In this document: positions 30,694-40,328 of the stretch, piece after piece
Position numbering within the stretch: the stretch's first letter is position 1
How the letters are laid out: each line of letters begins with the position of its first letter
Source: an uncultured Gammaproteobacteria bacterium
Lineage (GTDB): Bacteria; Patescibacteriota; Microgenomatia; Daviesbacterales; UBA10151
NCBI GenBank assembly: GCA_964551605.1
Contig: CAZKCV010000001.1
Span: forward strand, 136,898-200,897
DNA length: 64,000 bases
Direction of reading: 5' to 3'
Position numbers and translations under genes: made by a program
Notes under the pieces: model-generated
What the model saw: the letters and a program-made list of their open reading frames with translations, nothing else
The model's database searches: none
What the model was told of the DNA's origin: nothing

Positions 30694-31533
30694 ATGGCTG
30701 CAGATCAAACTTTTCTAGATAAATTAAAGGCTAAATGGAAACAAAACAAATTCGTCTGCGTGGGTCTGGATAAGCAAAGCTTGAGATCTAAAGATCTTAA
30801 GCAAAGCTTGCCATCTAGCGATGGTAAAGGCAATTTTGAGTTTTACAAGAATATTATCGACCAAACTTTTGACCTGGTACTCGCTTATAAACCGAATATC
30901 GCATTCTACGAAGCTGAAGGCACTGCCGGCTTGGAAACCCTGAAAAGAACCGTCCAATATATCCGGGAAAAAGATTCGGAAATGCCGATAATTTTGGATG
31001 CTAAAAGAGGTGACATCGGCAGCACCAATGAAGCCTATGTGAAAGCCATCTTTGATGATTTAGGGGTTGACGCAGTCACTATTCACCCGTATCTGGGTAA
31101 AGAAGCAGTAGAGCCGTTTTTGCGCAGAACTGATAAAGGAATTATCGTTTTAGTCAGAACATCAAACCCCGGGGCCGGAGAATTCCAGGATTTAGAAGTT
31201 TACCCTGAGCGAAGTCGAAGGGGAAAACCACTTTATCAGGTTGTGGCTGAGCATGTAGCCAAAGGATGGAATCAAAACAACAATTGTGCCGTGGTGGTTG
31301 GAGCTACGTATCCTGATGAAATCAAAAAGGTCCGTGAGATTATAGGAGACATGCCGATTTTAGTACCGGGTATTGGAGCCCAGGGCGGAGATTTAGAAAA
31401 TACCCTCAAAAACGGCCTAAACAGCCAAAAACAGGGTTTAATTATTTCCTCCTCCAGGGGAATTATTTTCGCTCCCAACCCCAGGGAAGCTACTTTAAAA
31501 CTACATCAGGATATAGTATCTTTACTCTCATGA
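30694..31533 (+). CDS. pyrF: Orotidine 5'-phosphate decarboxylase (type 2)
   Basis: ILDAKRGDIGSTNEAY active-site region. 279 aa. Confidence 0.8.
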   Translation: MAADQTFLDKLKAKWKQNKFVCVGLDKQSLRSKDLKQSLPSSDGKGNFEFYKNIIDQTFDLVLAYKPNIAFYEAEGTAGLETLKRTVQYIREKDSEMPIILDAKRGDIGSTNEAYVKAIFDDLGVDAVTIHPYLGKEAVEPFLRRTDKGIIVLVRTSNPGAGEFQDLEVYPERSRRGKPLYQVVAEHVAKGWNQNNNCAVVVGATYPDEIKKVREIIGDMPILVPGIGAQGGDLENTLKNGLNSQKQGLIISSSRGIIFAPNPREATLKLHQDIVSLLS

Positions 31534-32177
31534 ATAACACCTCAGAACAAGTTGCCAAAATCTTACTAGACCTGCACGCAATTTCCTTAAACTCCCAGGA
31601 GCCATTCAGATATGACTCAGGAATTTTGAGCCCGGTTTATATTGATAACCGTATCCTAGTTAGTTATCCAAAACAAAGACAAACGATCCGGGATCTATAC
31701 ATAGATGCCATGAAATCCACGGGAGAACATTTTGATTTAATTGCCGCCACTGCCACAGCCGGCATTCCTCACGCGGCCTGGATTGCCGATAAACTAAATC
31801 TACCAATGGTATATGTCAGAGGCAAAGCCAAAGACCACGGAAAAAGAAACCGAGTGGAAGGTATTGTTGAAAAAGGGGCCAATGTAGCAGTAATAGAAGA
31901 TTTAATTTCTACCGGAGAATCATCTATTGAAACTGCTGAAGCAGTCAGGCAGGCCGGTGGAAAAGTTTCCTATATTTTTGCCATCATCACATATGACATG
32001 GAAAAATCCAAAGAGAATTTTCAGAAAAACAAACTCAAATTAATCCCTTTAACCACCTTTAAAGAGGTTTTAAACTTGGCCCAAAATTTAGGTAAAATCT
32101 CCCAAAAAGAAAATGAAATAATCCTGGATTGGACTAAAGATCCCGAGTCCTGGGGCAAAACAAACGGGTTTAAGTAA
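31530..32177 (+). CDS. pyrE: Orotate phosphoribosyltransferase
   Basis: PRPP-binding VAVIEDLISTGES motif. Overlaps pyrF by 4 nt. Confidence 0.8.
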   Translation: MNNTSEQVAKILLDLHAISLNSQEPFRYDSGILSPVYIDNRILVSYPKQRQTIRDLYIDAMKSTGEHFDLIAATATAGIPHAAWIADKLNLPMVYVRGKAKDHGKRNRVEGIVEKGANVAVIEDLISTGESSIETAEAVRQAGGKVSYIFAIITYDMEKSKENFQKNKLKLIPLTTFKEVLNLAQNLGKISQKENEIILDWTKDPESWGKTNGFK

Positions 32178-33264
32178 TTTTTTCTTTGACCCCTTTGGCC
32201 AAATAGGGGTTCCACATGGCTCCGGTGGCACTCATTACAGCATCTGCTCCGGCATTTTTGAATTCAAAATAATCCTCAGCCTTAGTTACGCCTCCGACAC
32301 CAATTATTTTTATATCAGCCTCGGCTTCCTGTCTAAATTTAGCCAACCTTTCTACCATATCCAATCCCGCCCATTTAATGGCAGTTCCGCAAACTCCTGA
32401 CCGGAGCCTATTTTTTCCCGGTAACGCCTGATTACCCACCTGGTCCACCACTTCTGCAGAAATAGTGTTAATAGCTGCAATTCCCTGGGCATACTTACCG
32501 GCTATCTCTATTAGCCTCTTTAAATCTGCATCATTTTGGTAATAACCCACTTTTAAAATCAACGGAATATCCCCGATTTCTTTTCTAATGGCCTTAGCCA
32601 CCTTTTCCGTCATTTCCAGGTTATAGCAAACTAAACCTTCGTTGCCGATATTAGGGCAGGATAAATTAGCTTCCAGCAACTTGGCACCGGTTTCAGCTGA
32701 TAATTTGGCAGCCAGGGCATAATCAGCCACAAATTCTTCCGGAGTTTGATTTTCCCTGACAGTTCCCATAAAGCTCAGCACTAAAACCTGGCCTTTGCCG
32801 GCATAAGTAATGGCCGCTTTAACATCTTCCTGCCAGACACTTGGCTCTTTGGAAGGCACCCCAAAGGAGTTAGTAATGGATAGAGGCTCAGAGTAATTAT
32901 TATCTGCAATAAGCTTAGTTTGAGCTTTTGCAGGGGTCAAATCACCTTCGATTTTTACAGCCAAAATATTGGGAAAAGGGTGACAGGGAAAGGTGCTGCT
33001 TCTGACAGTTTTATAAACACAAATATCAAAGCCTTTTTGAAAAGCGCTCTTGCAAAACTTAGCATTTATCAGTGGACCTGCCGGAATTCCGAATGGAGTA
33101 AAAACTTTTTGCCCTAAAAAATCCTCTGTTGGTTTACCCTGAGTCCCTCGACTTCGCTCGGGATCTTCGGCTTCGCCTTCGGCAAAAACTCCAAACGGCC
33201 CCTGGTCATAATTTTCTTCATAGCTTCTATTAGGATCATAAAAGGGAGTTTGCAACATGATCAA
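32170..33264 (-). CDS. pyrD: Dihydroorotate dehydrogenase (class 1-like, Cys active site)
   Basis: LSCPNIG active-site region, C-terminal TIM-barrel FMN motifs IGVGGV. Confidence 0.75.
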   Translation of the reverse strand: MIMLQTPFYDPNRSYEENYDQGPFGVFAEGEAEDPERSRGTQGKPTEDFLGQKVFTPFGIPAGPLINAKFCKSAFQKGFDICVYKTVRSSTFPCHPFPNILAVKIEGDLTPAKAQTKLIADNNYSEPLSITNSFGVPSKEPSVWQEDVKAAITYAGKGQVLVLSFMGTVRENQTPEEFVADYALAAKLSAETGAKLLEANLSCPNIGNEGLVCYNLEMTEKVAKAIRKEIGDIPLILKVGYYQNDADLKRLIEIAGKYAQGIAAINTISAEVVDQVGNQALPGKNRLRSGVCGTAIKWAGLDMVERLAKFRQEAEADIKIIGVGGVTKAEDYFEFKNAGADAVMSATGAMWNPYLAKGVKEKIT

Positions 33265-33283
33265 ATTTTAACATATAAAAATC

Positions 33284-33374
33284 GTCATTGCGAGGAACGA
33301 GTCATCGAGTGACGTGGCAATCTTGATGTGGGATTCATCCGACCTAGATTGCTTCGCTAATCGCTCGCAATGAC
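33284..33374. repeat. Family A element, intergenic between pyrD and mreB
   Basis: gtcattgcgaggaacg...agattgcttcgctaatcgctcgcaatgac. Confidence 0.8.
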
Positions 33375-33393
33375 GTAAGGCAATAACTTTGGT

Positions 33394-34458
33394 CTACCTT
33401 AATCCACCTGTTACTTTCACCTTAGAAAGCAAATTCAGGTTATCCAAGACTTCTCCGCAGCCGCGGACTACTGTAGTCAGCGGATCATCGGAAACATAAA
33501 CCGGCAGCTTGGTTTCTTCAGCAATTCTTTTATCCAATCCCCGCAGGAGTGCCCCACCGCCTGCCAGAAATATTCCTCTCTCTACTATATCCGTTAAGAG
33601 TTCCGGCGGAGTTTCTTCTAAAATTTCCTGGACACCGGAAATCATCTGGGTAATTGTAGGGGTCAAAGCTTCCCTGATTTCAGCAGCAGAAACTTTTATT
33701 GATTTAGGTAATCCTGTTGAAAGATCCCGGCCACGGATGACTGTAGCACTATCCTCTTTATCCTTACCGGGATAGGCCGAACCTATTTCTATTTTGACAT
33801 CTTCGGCAGTCCGCTCCCCGATCAACATTCCATACCTGATCCGCATGTAATTTATAATCTCTTCATCCAGCTCATCTCCGGCAATTCGGAGCGACCTATT
33901 AATTACCATTCCGCCTAAAGATATAATTGCCATTTCTGTGGTCCCTCCGCCAATATCTACAATCATCACCCCCTCTGGATCTTCAACCGGAAGTTTTGCA
34001 CCTATTGCCGCAGCCATTGGTTCTTCAATCAGATAAGCTTCCCTGGCTCCGGCTGATAAACAGGCATCCTGCACTGCCCTCCTCTCAACAGGGGTTACAC
34101 CCGAAGGAATGCCTACTACTACCCGGGGCCTGGGGATCTTTGGCAACGAAAAAATCCCGCTCCCCGGATTATTATGAACTTTCTGGATAAAATAACGAAG
34201 CATGGCTTCGGTAGTGTCAAAATCAGAAATTACTCCATCCCGCAAGGGCCTGACTGCCTCTATTGCTGCCGGGGTCCTGCCTAACATCCTTTTGGCTTCC
34301 CGCCCGATTGCTAAAACCTGCCGGGTTTTTTTATGAAGCGCTACAACAGTAGGCTCCCGGATGACAATACCCTTACCTTTGACCAACACCAGAGTATTAA
34401 CAGTACCCAAATCTATACCAATATCATAGGAGAGAAGCTGCCAGATTTTCCCAAACAT
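33394..34458 (-). CDS. mreB: Rod shape-determining protein MreB
   Basis: Actin-fold motifs DLGTVNT, VVIDIGGGTTE, FLAGGGALL. Confidence 0.9.
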   Translation of the reverse strand: MFGKIWQLLSYDIGIDLGTVNTLVLVKGKGIVIREPTVVALHKKTRQVLAIGREAKRMLGRTPAAIEAVRPLRDGVISDFDTTEAMLRYFIQKVHNNPGSGIFSLPKIPRPRVVVGIPSGVTPVERRAVQDACLSAGAREAYLIEEPMAAAIGAKLPVEDPEGVMIVDIGGGTTEMAIISLGGMVINRSLRIAGDELDEEIINYMRIRYGMLIGERTAEDVKIEIGSAYPGKDKEDSATVIRGRDLSTGLPKSIKVSAAEIREALTPTITQMISGVQEILEETPPELLTDIVERGIFLAGGGALLRGLDKRIAEETKLPVYVSDDPLTTVVRGCGEVLDNLNLLSKVKVTGGLR

Positions 34459-34477
34459 GATGGGAGTTTAACATATC

Positions 34478-34972
34478 TTAAACTTTTAAGAAATTGCCCA
34501 CTATTAAACCTATGGCGGTGGCCAATCCTCCAATCACTAACATCTCGGAGGCGCTCCGGAAGGCTTTCTCCTGAACAATTTTGCCCTTAAAATAACCTAC
34601 TGCAAAAAGGGCTACCAGGGCACCTATTACACTGACAAACCTGGCTATTTCTACCGGTAAAATGATAAACGGCATAATCGGCACCATGCCGGCCAGAAAA
34701 TAGGAAACAAACATTAAAACTGCATCCATTAATAAATCGTCTTTATGCCTATGCCTTTTATCCATCTGGTGAACTGCTTTCTCGGAAGAATATTCACCGG
34801 CTGCCATGGAAGAAGCTTCCACGGAAATGGCTACGAAAGAAGCCAAAATAATAACTGCCTGGTTAGGGGCCCCGACTGAAATACCCACCACCACCCCAGT
34901 GGTGGAAACCAGCCCGTCCTGCAGCCCAAATATCACACTTCTTAAATAATCTTCATCTAATCTAATTTTCAT
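34478..34972 (-). CDS. VIT1/CCC1-family membrane protein
   Basis: GLQDGLVSTTGVVVG signature. Confidence 0.7.
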   Translation of the reverse strand: MKIRLDEDYLRSVIFGLQDGLVSTTGVVVGISVGAPNQAVIILASFVAISVEASSMAAGEYSSEKAVHQMDKRHRHKDDLLMDAVLMFVSYFLAGMVPIMPFIILPVEIARFVSVIGALVALFAVGYFKGKIVQEKAFRSASEMLVIGGLATAIGLIVGNFLKV

Positions 34973-35272
34973 TTAACTAGGATTAAACCTGAATTGCACT
35001 TGTAAAGAAGCTCCCAGAACCTTAGCTAACCTTTTGAGGAAGGAGAGTGAAGGGATTGTTCTGGCATTTTCCACCCGGGAAATCACTGATTGCTTGGTTT
35101 TCATCCGTTTAGCAATTTGAGCCTGAGTTAGACCTTTTTCAAGTCGCGCTTTAATAAGCGCATGAGCTATTTCAAATTCAAGCCGCGTTTCTTCAGCAGC
35201 TTCCTTGAACCCTGGTCTTTGCAATAGCTCCTTTTCAAAATCTTCCCACTTAACATAATTCAGCTTTTTCAT
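34973..35272 (-). CDS. HTH-XRE antitoxin-like regulator (HigA-like family)
   Basis: WEDFEKELL...KGLTQAQIA...TKQSVISRVE...PSLSFLKRLAKVLG. Paralog of the gene at 46533. Confidence 0.7.
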   Translation of the reverse strand: MKKLNYVKWEDFEKELLQRPGFKEAAEETRLEFEIAHALIKARLEKGLTQAQIAKRMKTKQSVISRVENARTIPSLSFLKRLAKVLGASLQVQFRFNPS

Positions 35273-35278
35273 AATTTG

Positions 35279-35307
35279 ATATTATCACAATTTTGCTATA
35301 ATTGCAA
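35279..35307 (-). promoter_or_regulatory. Sigma70-like promoter TTGCAA-N17-TAATAT placing the TSS at the start codon (leaderless mRNA)
   Basis: -35 at 35302-35307 and -10 at 35279-35284 on the minus strand. The start codon is about 7 nt downstream. Confidence 0.4.
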
Positions 35308-35419
35308 TAATCTAATTCGTCTTTTATGGTCTACTAATCTTTCTTCTGCTATCCTAATCTCTTTAGACAGAATCTGCCACTTTTCTCCCATAACCCCAGT
35401 ATATCAGGAAGAATTTTGA

Positions 35420-36853
35420 TTATTCTTTCTGATCTTCTCTATCAAGTATACCGGGATAAACAATGCTCGCTTGGAAGAAATTATCAACTTCCCTTTGACT
35501 AATTCCTTTCCTGCGGGCATCTAAAGAAATTATTCCGTAAGTTGCTAAAACAGCGGCATAAACAAAGGGCGTTGCAGCAATATTGATTAAATCCTCCCCT
35601 CTTCTTTTGATCTTATTATGCAATTTATTAAAATTTTTCAACCAAGCTTGTGATTCTTCTATCTCGCTTTGAGGAACTGTTATTACTTCGGAAGCATCTT
35701 CAATAGTTCTTTTCCCCAACATCCTGGCTAAACCAGCATGGCCTGATTTTATCAAAATCATAGGTACCAGCGTTCGCAGATCATCCCTGAAAGCAGGATT
35801 TTGACATCGGAAGTAACAACTGTATAAACAACCAGGACATCCTTCAACAGCTTCCTCTTTTTTCTTTCTCCACTCCTGACTTTTTAAACTCACACCCGTT
35901 TCAAAACCAGTTCTTATTTCTGAACAAACACCTACCTCTCCTTTTTCTCCTAATGCCCGTATATGGATAAACTGATCTTGCACCGAATCACATTTCCACA
36001 ATTTATCACTAGGATTCATAACCCTTTCTAAATAATTCCAGCCGTCAATTAGAAAACCTCCTTTTCTTAGTGGTTCCAATTTTTGACAAACCATTTTTAT
36101 TTGCTCTAAAGTAGGGACATTACTCTTAGTAGGCGCTGTCGAAAATCCCTGGCCGATTTCTTGAACTATTGATGTGCTAAAGAATACTCCATTTGCCGCA
36201 CAAGTCTTTGCTACTTTAGGAATAATATCAACTCTATCCTTGGTAAAAACAACGCTCACTGTTGGAACAATTCCCTCATTAGCTGCAGCTCTTGCCTTTC
36301 CTATAATACATCTTATACCAGCTTCAGTAGGAGAATGCAGGGAAAAGATTAAAAAATCCAATCCTACCTTTTTAAGTCTTGAGAGGTAAATTAAATTATC
36401 TAAATGATCTCCATTAGTGATGATGCTAGTAATCATACCTGAATTAGAAGCATGACCGATGATTTTTAATGCGTGATCTACGTAAGTATTACCTTCTTCT
36501 GTAATAAATGGGTCTAAGTTTTTCCTAAAATCTACGTACATTAAATTTGCCCCATTCAGGCACATTTGGTATCCCCCCTGACGTACTCCACCATCAAATT
36601 GACATCCTGCGAGAGATTCTCCCCCAACATATTGAAGAAACCTAAAACCCTCATCGTGTGCCCAATCTACTTGCTTTAAAGACTCAGCCACAGTAGAAAA
36701 TCTGCCAGTATTTTGCCTATTGTGCACATTGCAATAGCTACACGCTCTATTGCAGTTTGTAGGGCCTTCCATTATTGCCAAGCTGTGTCCATTTTTAGCA
36801 GCTTCATATGCTCCCCAGACTTTAGACACACCCTTTAAAACTTCTCTTAACAT
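35420..36853 (-). CDS. Radical SAM / SPASM-domain protein with C-terminal hydrophobic helix
   Basis: CNRACSYC (CX3CX2C) motif. C-terminal Cys cluster W-KC...GVC...GCPGCLYSCYFRC. Putative TM IAATPFVYAAVLATYGIISL. Confidence 0.7.
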   Translation of the reverse strand: MLREVLKGVSKVWGAYEAAKNGHSLAIMEGPTNCNRACSYCNVHNRQNTGRFSTVAESLKQVDWAHDEGFRFLQYVGGESLAGCQFDGGVRQGGYQMCLNGANLMYVDFRKNLDPFITEEGNTYVDHALKIIGHASNSGMITSIITNGDHLDNLIYLSRLKKVGLDFLIFSLHSPTEAGIRCIIGKARAAANEGIVPTVSVVFTKDRVDIIPKVAKTCAANGVFFSTSIVQEIGQGFSTAPTKSNVPTLEQIKMVCQKLEPLRKGGFLIDGWNYLERVMNPSDKLWKCDSVQDQFIHIRALGEKGEVGVCSEIRTGFETGVSLKSQEWRKKKEEAVEGCPGCLYSCYFRCQNPAFRDDLRTLVPMILIKSGHAGLARMLGKRTIEDASEVITVPQSEIEESQAWLKNFNKLHNKIKRRGEDLINIAATPFVYAAVLATYGIISLDARRKGISQREVDNFFQASIVYPGILDREDQKE

Positions 36854-36947
36854 AGAGGCTATTATCCCATAACAACAAAACTACCGCAAATAAAACTACT
36901 TGCCCCTATCTACCTCTCTCTGTTAGGATAGAAACGAATACAAGCCA

Positions 36948-39098
36948 ATGGTTAACATTATTCTGGATAGAATCATTCCCTACTCTTTTTATGCCCTCTT
37001 TTTCTTAACTCCCCTGGTTTGGTCATCTGCCAATCATGAGCTTTTTGAATATAACAAAATGATTTTAACTTATGGCCTCACTGTCATTATTGTAGGAGCC
37101 TGGCTACTTAAAGCGATTAACGAAAAACGATTAACGATCAAACGAACTCCCCTAGATATTCCACTTTTATTATTTTTGGGAGCCAATATCCTGTCTACTA
37201 TATTTTCAATTGATCCCCACACTTCTATTTGGGGCTATTATTCCCGTTCAAACGGCGGGCTTTTATCCATCATCTCCTACCTATTATTATATTGGGCGTT
37301 TGTTTCCAATATGGACTTTGAGAGAGTTAAACTTGCCTTAAAATTTGGCCTGACTTCCGGTTTTATTATTTCCCTGTGGGCAATTTTTGAACACTTTGGA
37401 GTTTCTCCGTCCTGTGTAATTTTAAGGGGGGAGTTTAATGCTTCCTGCTGGATACAGGATGTCCAGGCCCGGGTTTTTGCCACTTTAGGCCAACCCAACT
37501 GGCTGGCAGCCTATTTGGCTATGTTAATTTTCCCCACTTTGTATTTTGCTTTAACTGCTTCCCATAAACTATACGCTATACGCTATACGCTTATCGCTAT
37601 TATCTTCTACCTGGCTTTTACCTTTACTTATTCCCGGGGACCCACACTGGGACTGATTGGAGGAATGGCGGTATTTATTATTGGCTACCTCTTCTGGCAT
37701 CCTGAGGGCAAAGCCCGAAGGATCTCTGCTCTACGAAGTACTTATTTTGTAACATTTATTTCAGACCCTCACATTCGTGAGAGATTCTTCACTACGTTCA
37801 GAATGACAAAGCTAGGAGGTATTTTAATCTCTTTCTTAATAATCAACCTCCTCTTTGGCTCAGCCTTAACTTCATTTAGATTAATTTCCAAATTTGCTGC
37901 CCCGGCCAGGCCCGGGATAGCTCTCCCAACCTCAAGCGGCACCCAACTGGAGAACGGCGGTACCGAATCCGGTCAAATCCGATTTATTGTCTGGAAAGGT
38001 GCCCTGGAAATATTTAAACATTACCCGCTTTTCGGCTCAGGAGTGGAAACCTTTGCCTATGCCTATTACCAGTACCGGCCGCCGGAACATAATCTAACCT
38101 CTGAATGGGATTTTCTTTACAACAAAGCGCATAATGAATATCTGAACTACCTGGCTACCACCGGAATTGTCGGCTTTGGGACTTATTTGCTGGTGATTGG
38201 AACATTCATTTATTGGTGTATTAAAAAAATTTCTAAATCCGAATTACTAATTTCTAATCAAATCCCAAATCCTAAACCCCAATTAGGTCAATTAGAAATT
38301 AGATCAATTAGAAATTTAGTTCTTGCACTCCTTGCTGCCTATATCTCCTACTTAATCTATAACTTCTTTCTTTTCTCCGTTGTCATTATTGCCGTCTTTT
38401 TCTATCTACTTCCGGCCCTGGCCTTTGTTGCTGCAAATTCCACTATACCCTATACCCTATACCCTATACCCTACCTCTACCGGAGACCACTATATACCCG
38501 GGTAGCTAAAGGTCTGGTGATTTTTTCCATCATCTATCTTCTATATTCTATATTCCAGCTTTGGTATGCCGATACTTTATTTGCCAAAGGTGAAAAAGCT
38601 ACTGATGCCGGTAGACTGAGTAAAGCCTATGAGTTTTTAACCAGAGCCTCGGATATTAACAGGGCTGAACCGCTTTATCAATCAGAACTGGGTTTTGTAC
38701 AGGCACAGGCAGCTGCGGCTTTAAAAGATACTGATGCTTCCGCATCCGCCGATTTTAAGGACGATGCGGTTTCCCTAACTGAAAATGTCTTAGAAAAAAG
38801 TCCCCAAAATATTTCATTCTACCGGACAGCAGTCAGGACCTATTTTGAGCTTTCCCTGACAGACAATGCCTTCATCGATAAAACCCTGCAAACACTGGAT
38901 CAAAGCATAAAACTGGCTCCCACTGATCCTAAACTTTATTATAATAAAGCCTTAATTCTTGAAAGCATCGGCAAAAAAGAAGAACAAATTAGAGCTTTAG
39001 AAAAAGCCCTACAGTTAAAACCAAATTATCTGGAAGCACTGGCTCTTTTAAAAGAGGCTACCGGATCAGCCCGCCTGCCGGACGGGCAGGCTAAATAA
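36948..39098 (+). CDS. O-antigen ligase (Wzy_C)-domain polytopic membrane protein with C-terminal TPR repeats (PglL/WaaL-like)
   Basis: SRGPTLG and LFGSGVETF...HNEYLNYLATTGIVGF motifs, at least 10 TM helices, TPR-like tail. Confidence 0.7.
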   Translation: MVNIILDRIIPYSFYALFFLTPLVWSSANHELFEYNKMILTYGLTVIIVGAWLLKAINEKRLTIKRTPLDIPLLLFLGANILSTIFSIDPHTSIWGYYSRSNGGLLSIISYLLLYWAFVSNMDFERVKLALKFGLTSGFIISLWAIFEHFGVSPSCVILRGEFNASCWIQDVQARVFATLGQPNWLAAYLAMLIFPTLYFALTASHKLYAIRYTLIAIIFYLAFTFTYSRGPTLGLIGGMAVFIIGYLFWHPEGKARRISALRSTYFVTFISDPHIRERFFTTFRMTKLGGILISFLIINLLFGSALTSFRLISKFAAPARPGIALPTSSGTQLENGGTESGQIRFIVWKGALEIFKHYPLFGSGVETFAYAYYQYRPPEHNLTSEWDFLYNKAHNEYLNYLATTGIVGFGTYLLVIGTFIYWCIKKISKSELLISNQIPNPKPQLGQLEIRSIRNLVLALLAAYISYLIYNFFLFSVVIIAVFFYLLPALAFVAANSTIPYTLYPIPYLYRRPLYTRVAKGLVIFSIIYLLYSIFQLWYADTLFAKGEKATDAGRLSKAYEFLTRASDINRAEPLYQSELGFVQAQAAAALKDTDASASADFKDDAVSLTENVLEKSPQNISFYRTAVRTYFELSLTDNAFIDKTLQTLDQSIKLAPTDPKLYYNKALILESIGKKEEQIRALEKALQLKPNYLEALALLKEATGSARLPDGQAK

Positions 39099-39358
39099 TG
39101 AAACGCCTTGCCAAAGCTATAGCTGAAATTAAATTTAAGGATAGGCCTAAAAATATCTCAACTGAGTTTCAAATGTACGGCGTTTACCTGGCAGAAAGTT
39201 TGCAGGATACCAAACATTATTCACTGTATATCAAACTGGCCAAAGAGGTGGACCGCAGAATCCTGGAAGAAACCTTAAATTTCACCAAAGGCTATTACGG
39301 AGCAAAATCGAAAGCAAAAATCTTTATGTGGAGATTGCAACAATTGAAGCAAGAGTGA
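39098..39358 (+). CDS. Hypothetical protein
   Basis: 86 aa. Start overlaps the upstream stop. Confidence 0.35.
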   Translation: MKRLAKAIAEIKFKDRPKNISTEFQMYGVYLAESLQDTKHYSLYIKLAKEVDRRILEETLNFTKGYYGAKSKAKIFMWRLQQLKQE

Positions 39359-39361
39359 AAA

Positions 39362-39667
39362 TTACACTAGTGTCATTATTTGCTTACCGGGTAAGCGGAA
39401 CATAGGGATAGCGGCATTTTCACATTGCCGACGTACTTCTTCCAAGTCATCAGTCATGGATGTTATCATTTTAAGAAAAAGTGGCTTACTAACTTTAGAT
39501 CTTGTCCTGGTGTAGAAATTCGGATCTAGGACCAATCGCACTGACTGATAACTCACTCCGGCACGCTTTGCTAGCTGGGCTATATTTACCCCCTTTTTTT
39601 CCATAAAAGCAGCAAATCCGGCCGCTAATTCTGGAGTCCTGGGAACATAATATTCTTTGTAGCTCAT
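39362..39667 (-). CDS. Hypothetical HTH-like protein
   Basis: 101 aa. VNIAQLAKRAGVSYQSVR helix-turn-helix. Confidence 0.4.
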   Translation of the reverse strand: MSYKEYYVPRTPELAAGFAAFMEKKGVNIAQLAKRAGVSYQSVRLVLDPNFYTRTRSKVSKPLFLKMITSMTDDLEEVRRQCENAAIPMFRLPGKQIMTLV

Positions 39668-39703
39668 TTTTAAATTATAACAAATAAATGTTACAATTCC
39701 CTC

Positions 39704-40222
39704 ATGATATCTTTAGTTAAAGCGCCTGATCCCAGGTTAAGAGTTCAAACTAAACCGGTGAAAAAGATTAACCCGGCCCTAAAAAATACCCTAAAAGAAA
39801 TGGTTAAATTAACCAAAACTTTCAAAGACCCTGAGGGCGTAGGCTTAGCTTCCACCCAGGTAGGATTGGACGGCAGCTTCTTTGTAGCTAAAGACACCAA
39901 AAAGTTTCTTTCTGTTATCAATCCCAAAATAATTTCTGCCGGCAAAAGAACAAAGCAGTACTTTGAAGGCTGTTTGTCTGTCCCAAATATGTGGGGGGAG
40001 GTCAGAAGAGCCACTAATATTAAAGTTACTTACCAAAATGGGGAAGGAAAAACCGTTACTGTACCATTAAAAGGAGTTCTCGCTTGGATCTTCCAACATG
40101 AAATAGATCACCTAAACGGAACCTTATTTTCAGACCGGGTGCTGGAGCAAAAAGGGAAGTTCTATAAATTCACCGGCAAAGATAAAACCGGCACGGACAC
40201 GTTTCAGGAGGTGACAATATAG
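39704..40222 (+). CDS. def: Peptide deformylase
   Basis: GVGLASTQ, EGCLSVP and HEIDHLNG motifs. Confidence 0.9.
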   Translation: MISLVKAPDPRLRVQTKPVKKINPALKNTLKEMVKLTKTFKDPEGVGLASTQVGLDGSFFVAKDTKKFLSVINPKIISAGKRTKQYFEGCLSVPNMWGEVRRATNIKVTYQNGEGKTVTVPLKGVLAWIFQHEIDHLNGTLFSDRVLEQKGKFYKFTGKDKTGTDTFQEVTI

Positions 40223-40223
40223 C

Positions 40224-40317
40224 GTCATTGCGAGGAACGAAGTGACGAAGCAATCTTGGTAGTGATTAAACATTAACTAGATTGCTTCCCCCGGATCAAG
40301 TCCGGGGTCGCAATGAC
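40224..40317. repeat. Family A element, intergenic between def and fmt
   Basis: gtcattgcgaggaacgaagtgacgaagcaatct...agattgcttcccccggatcaagtccggggtcgcaatgac. Confidence 0.8.
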
Positions 40318-40328
40318 GAAATAAAAAA

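Noticed and set aside
36948-39098. Simple WaaL lipid-A-core O-antigen ligase assignment
   Set aside because: The Wzy_C motif is shared by O-antigen ligases, polymerases and PglL-type protein O-oligosaccharyltransferases. The TPR tail and genomic context do not discriminate between these, so I kept the call generic.
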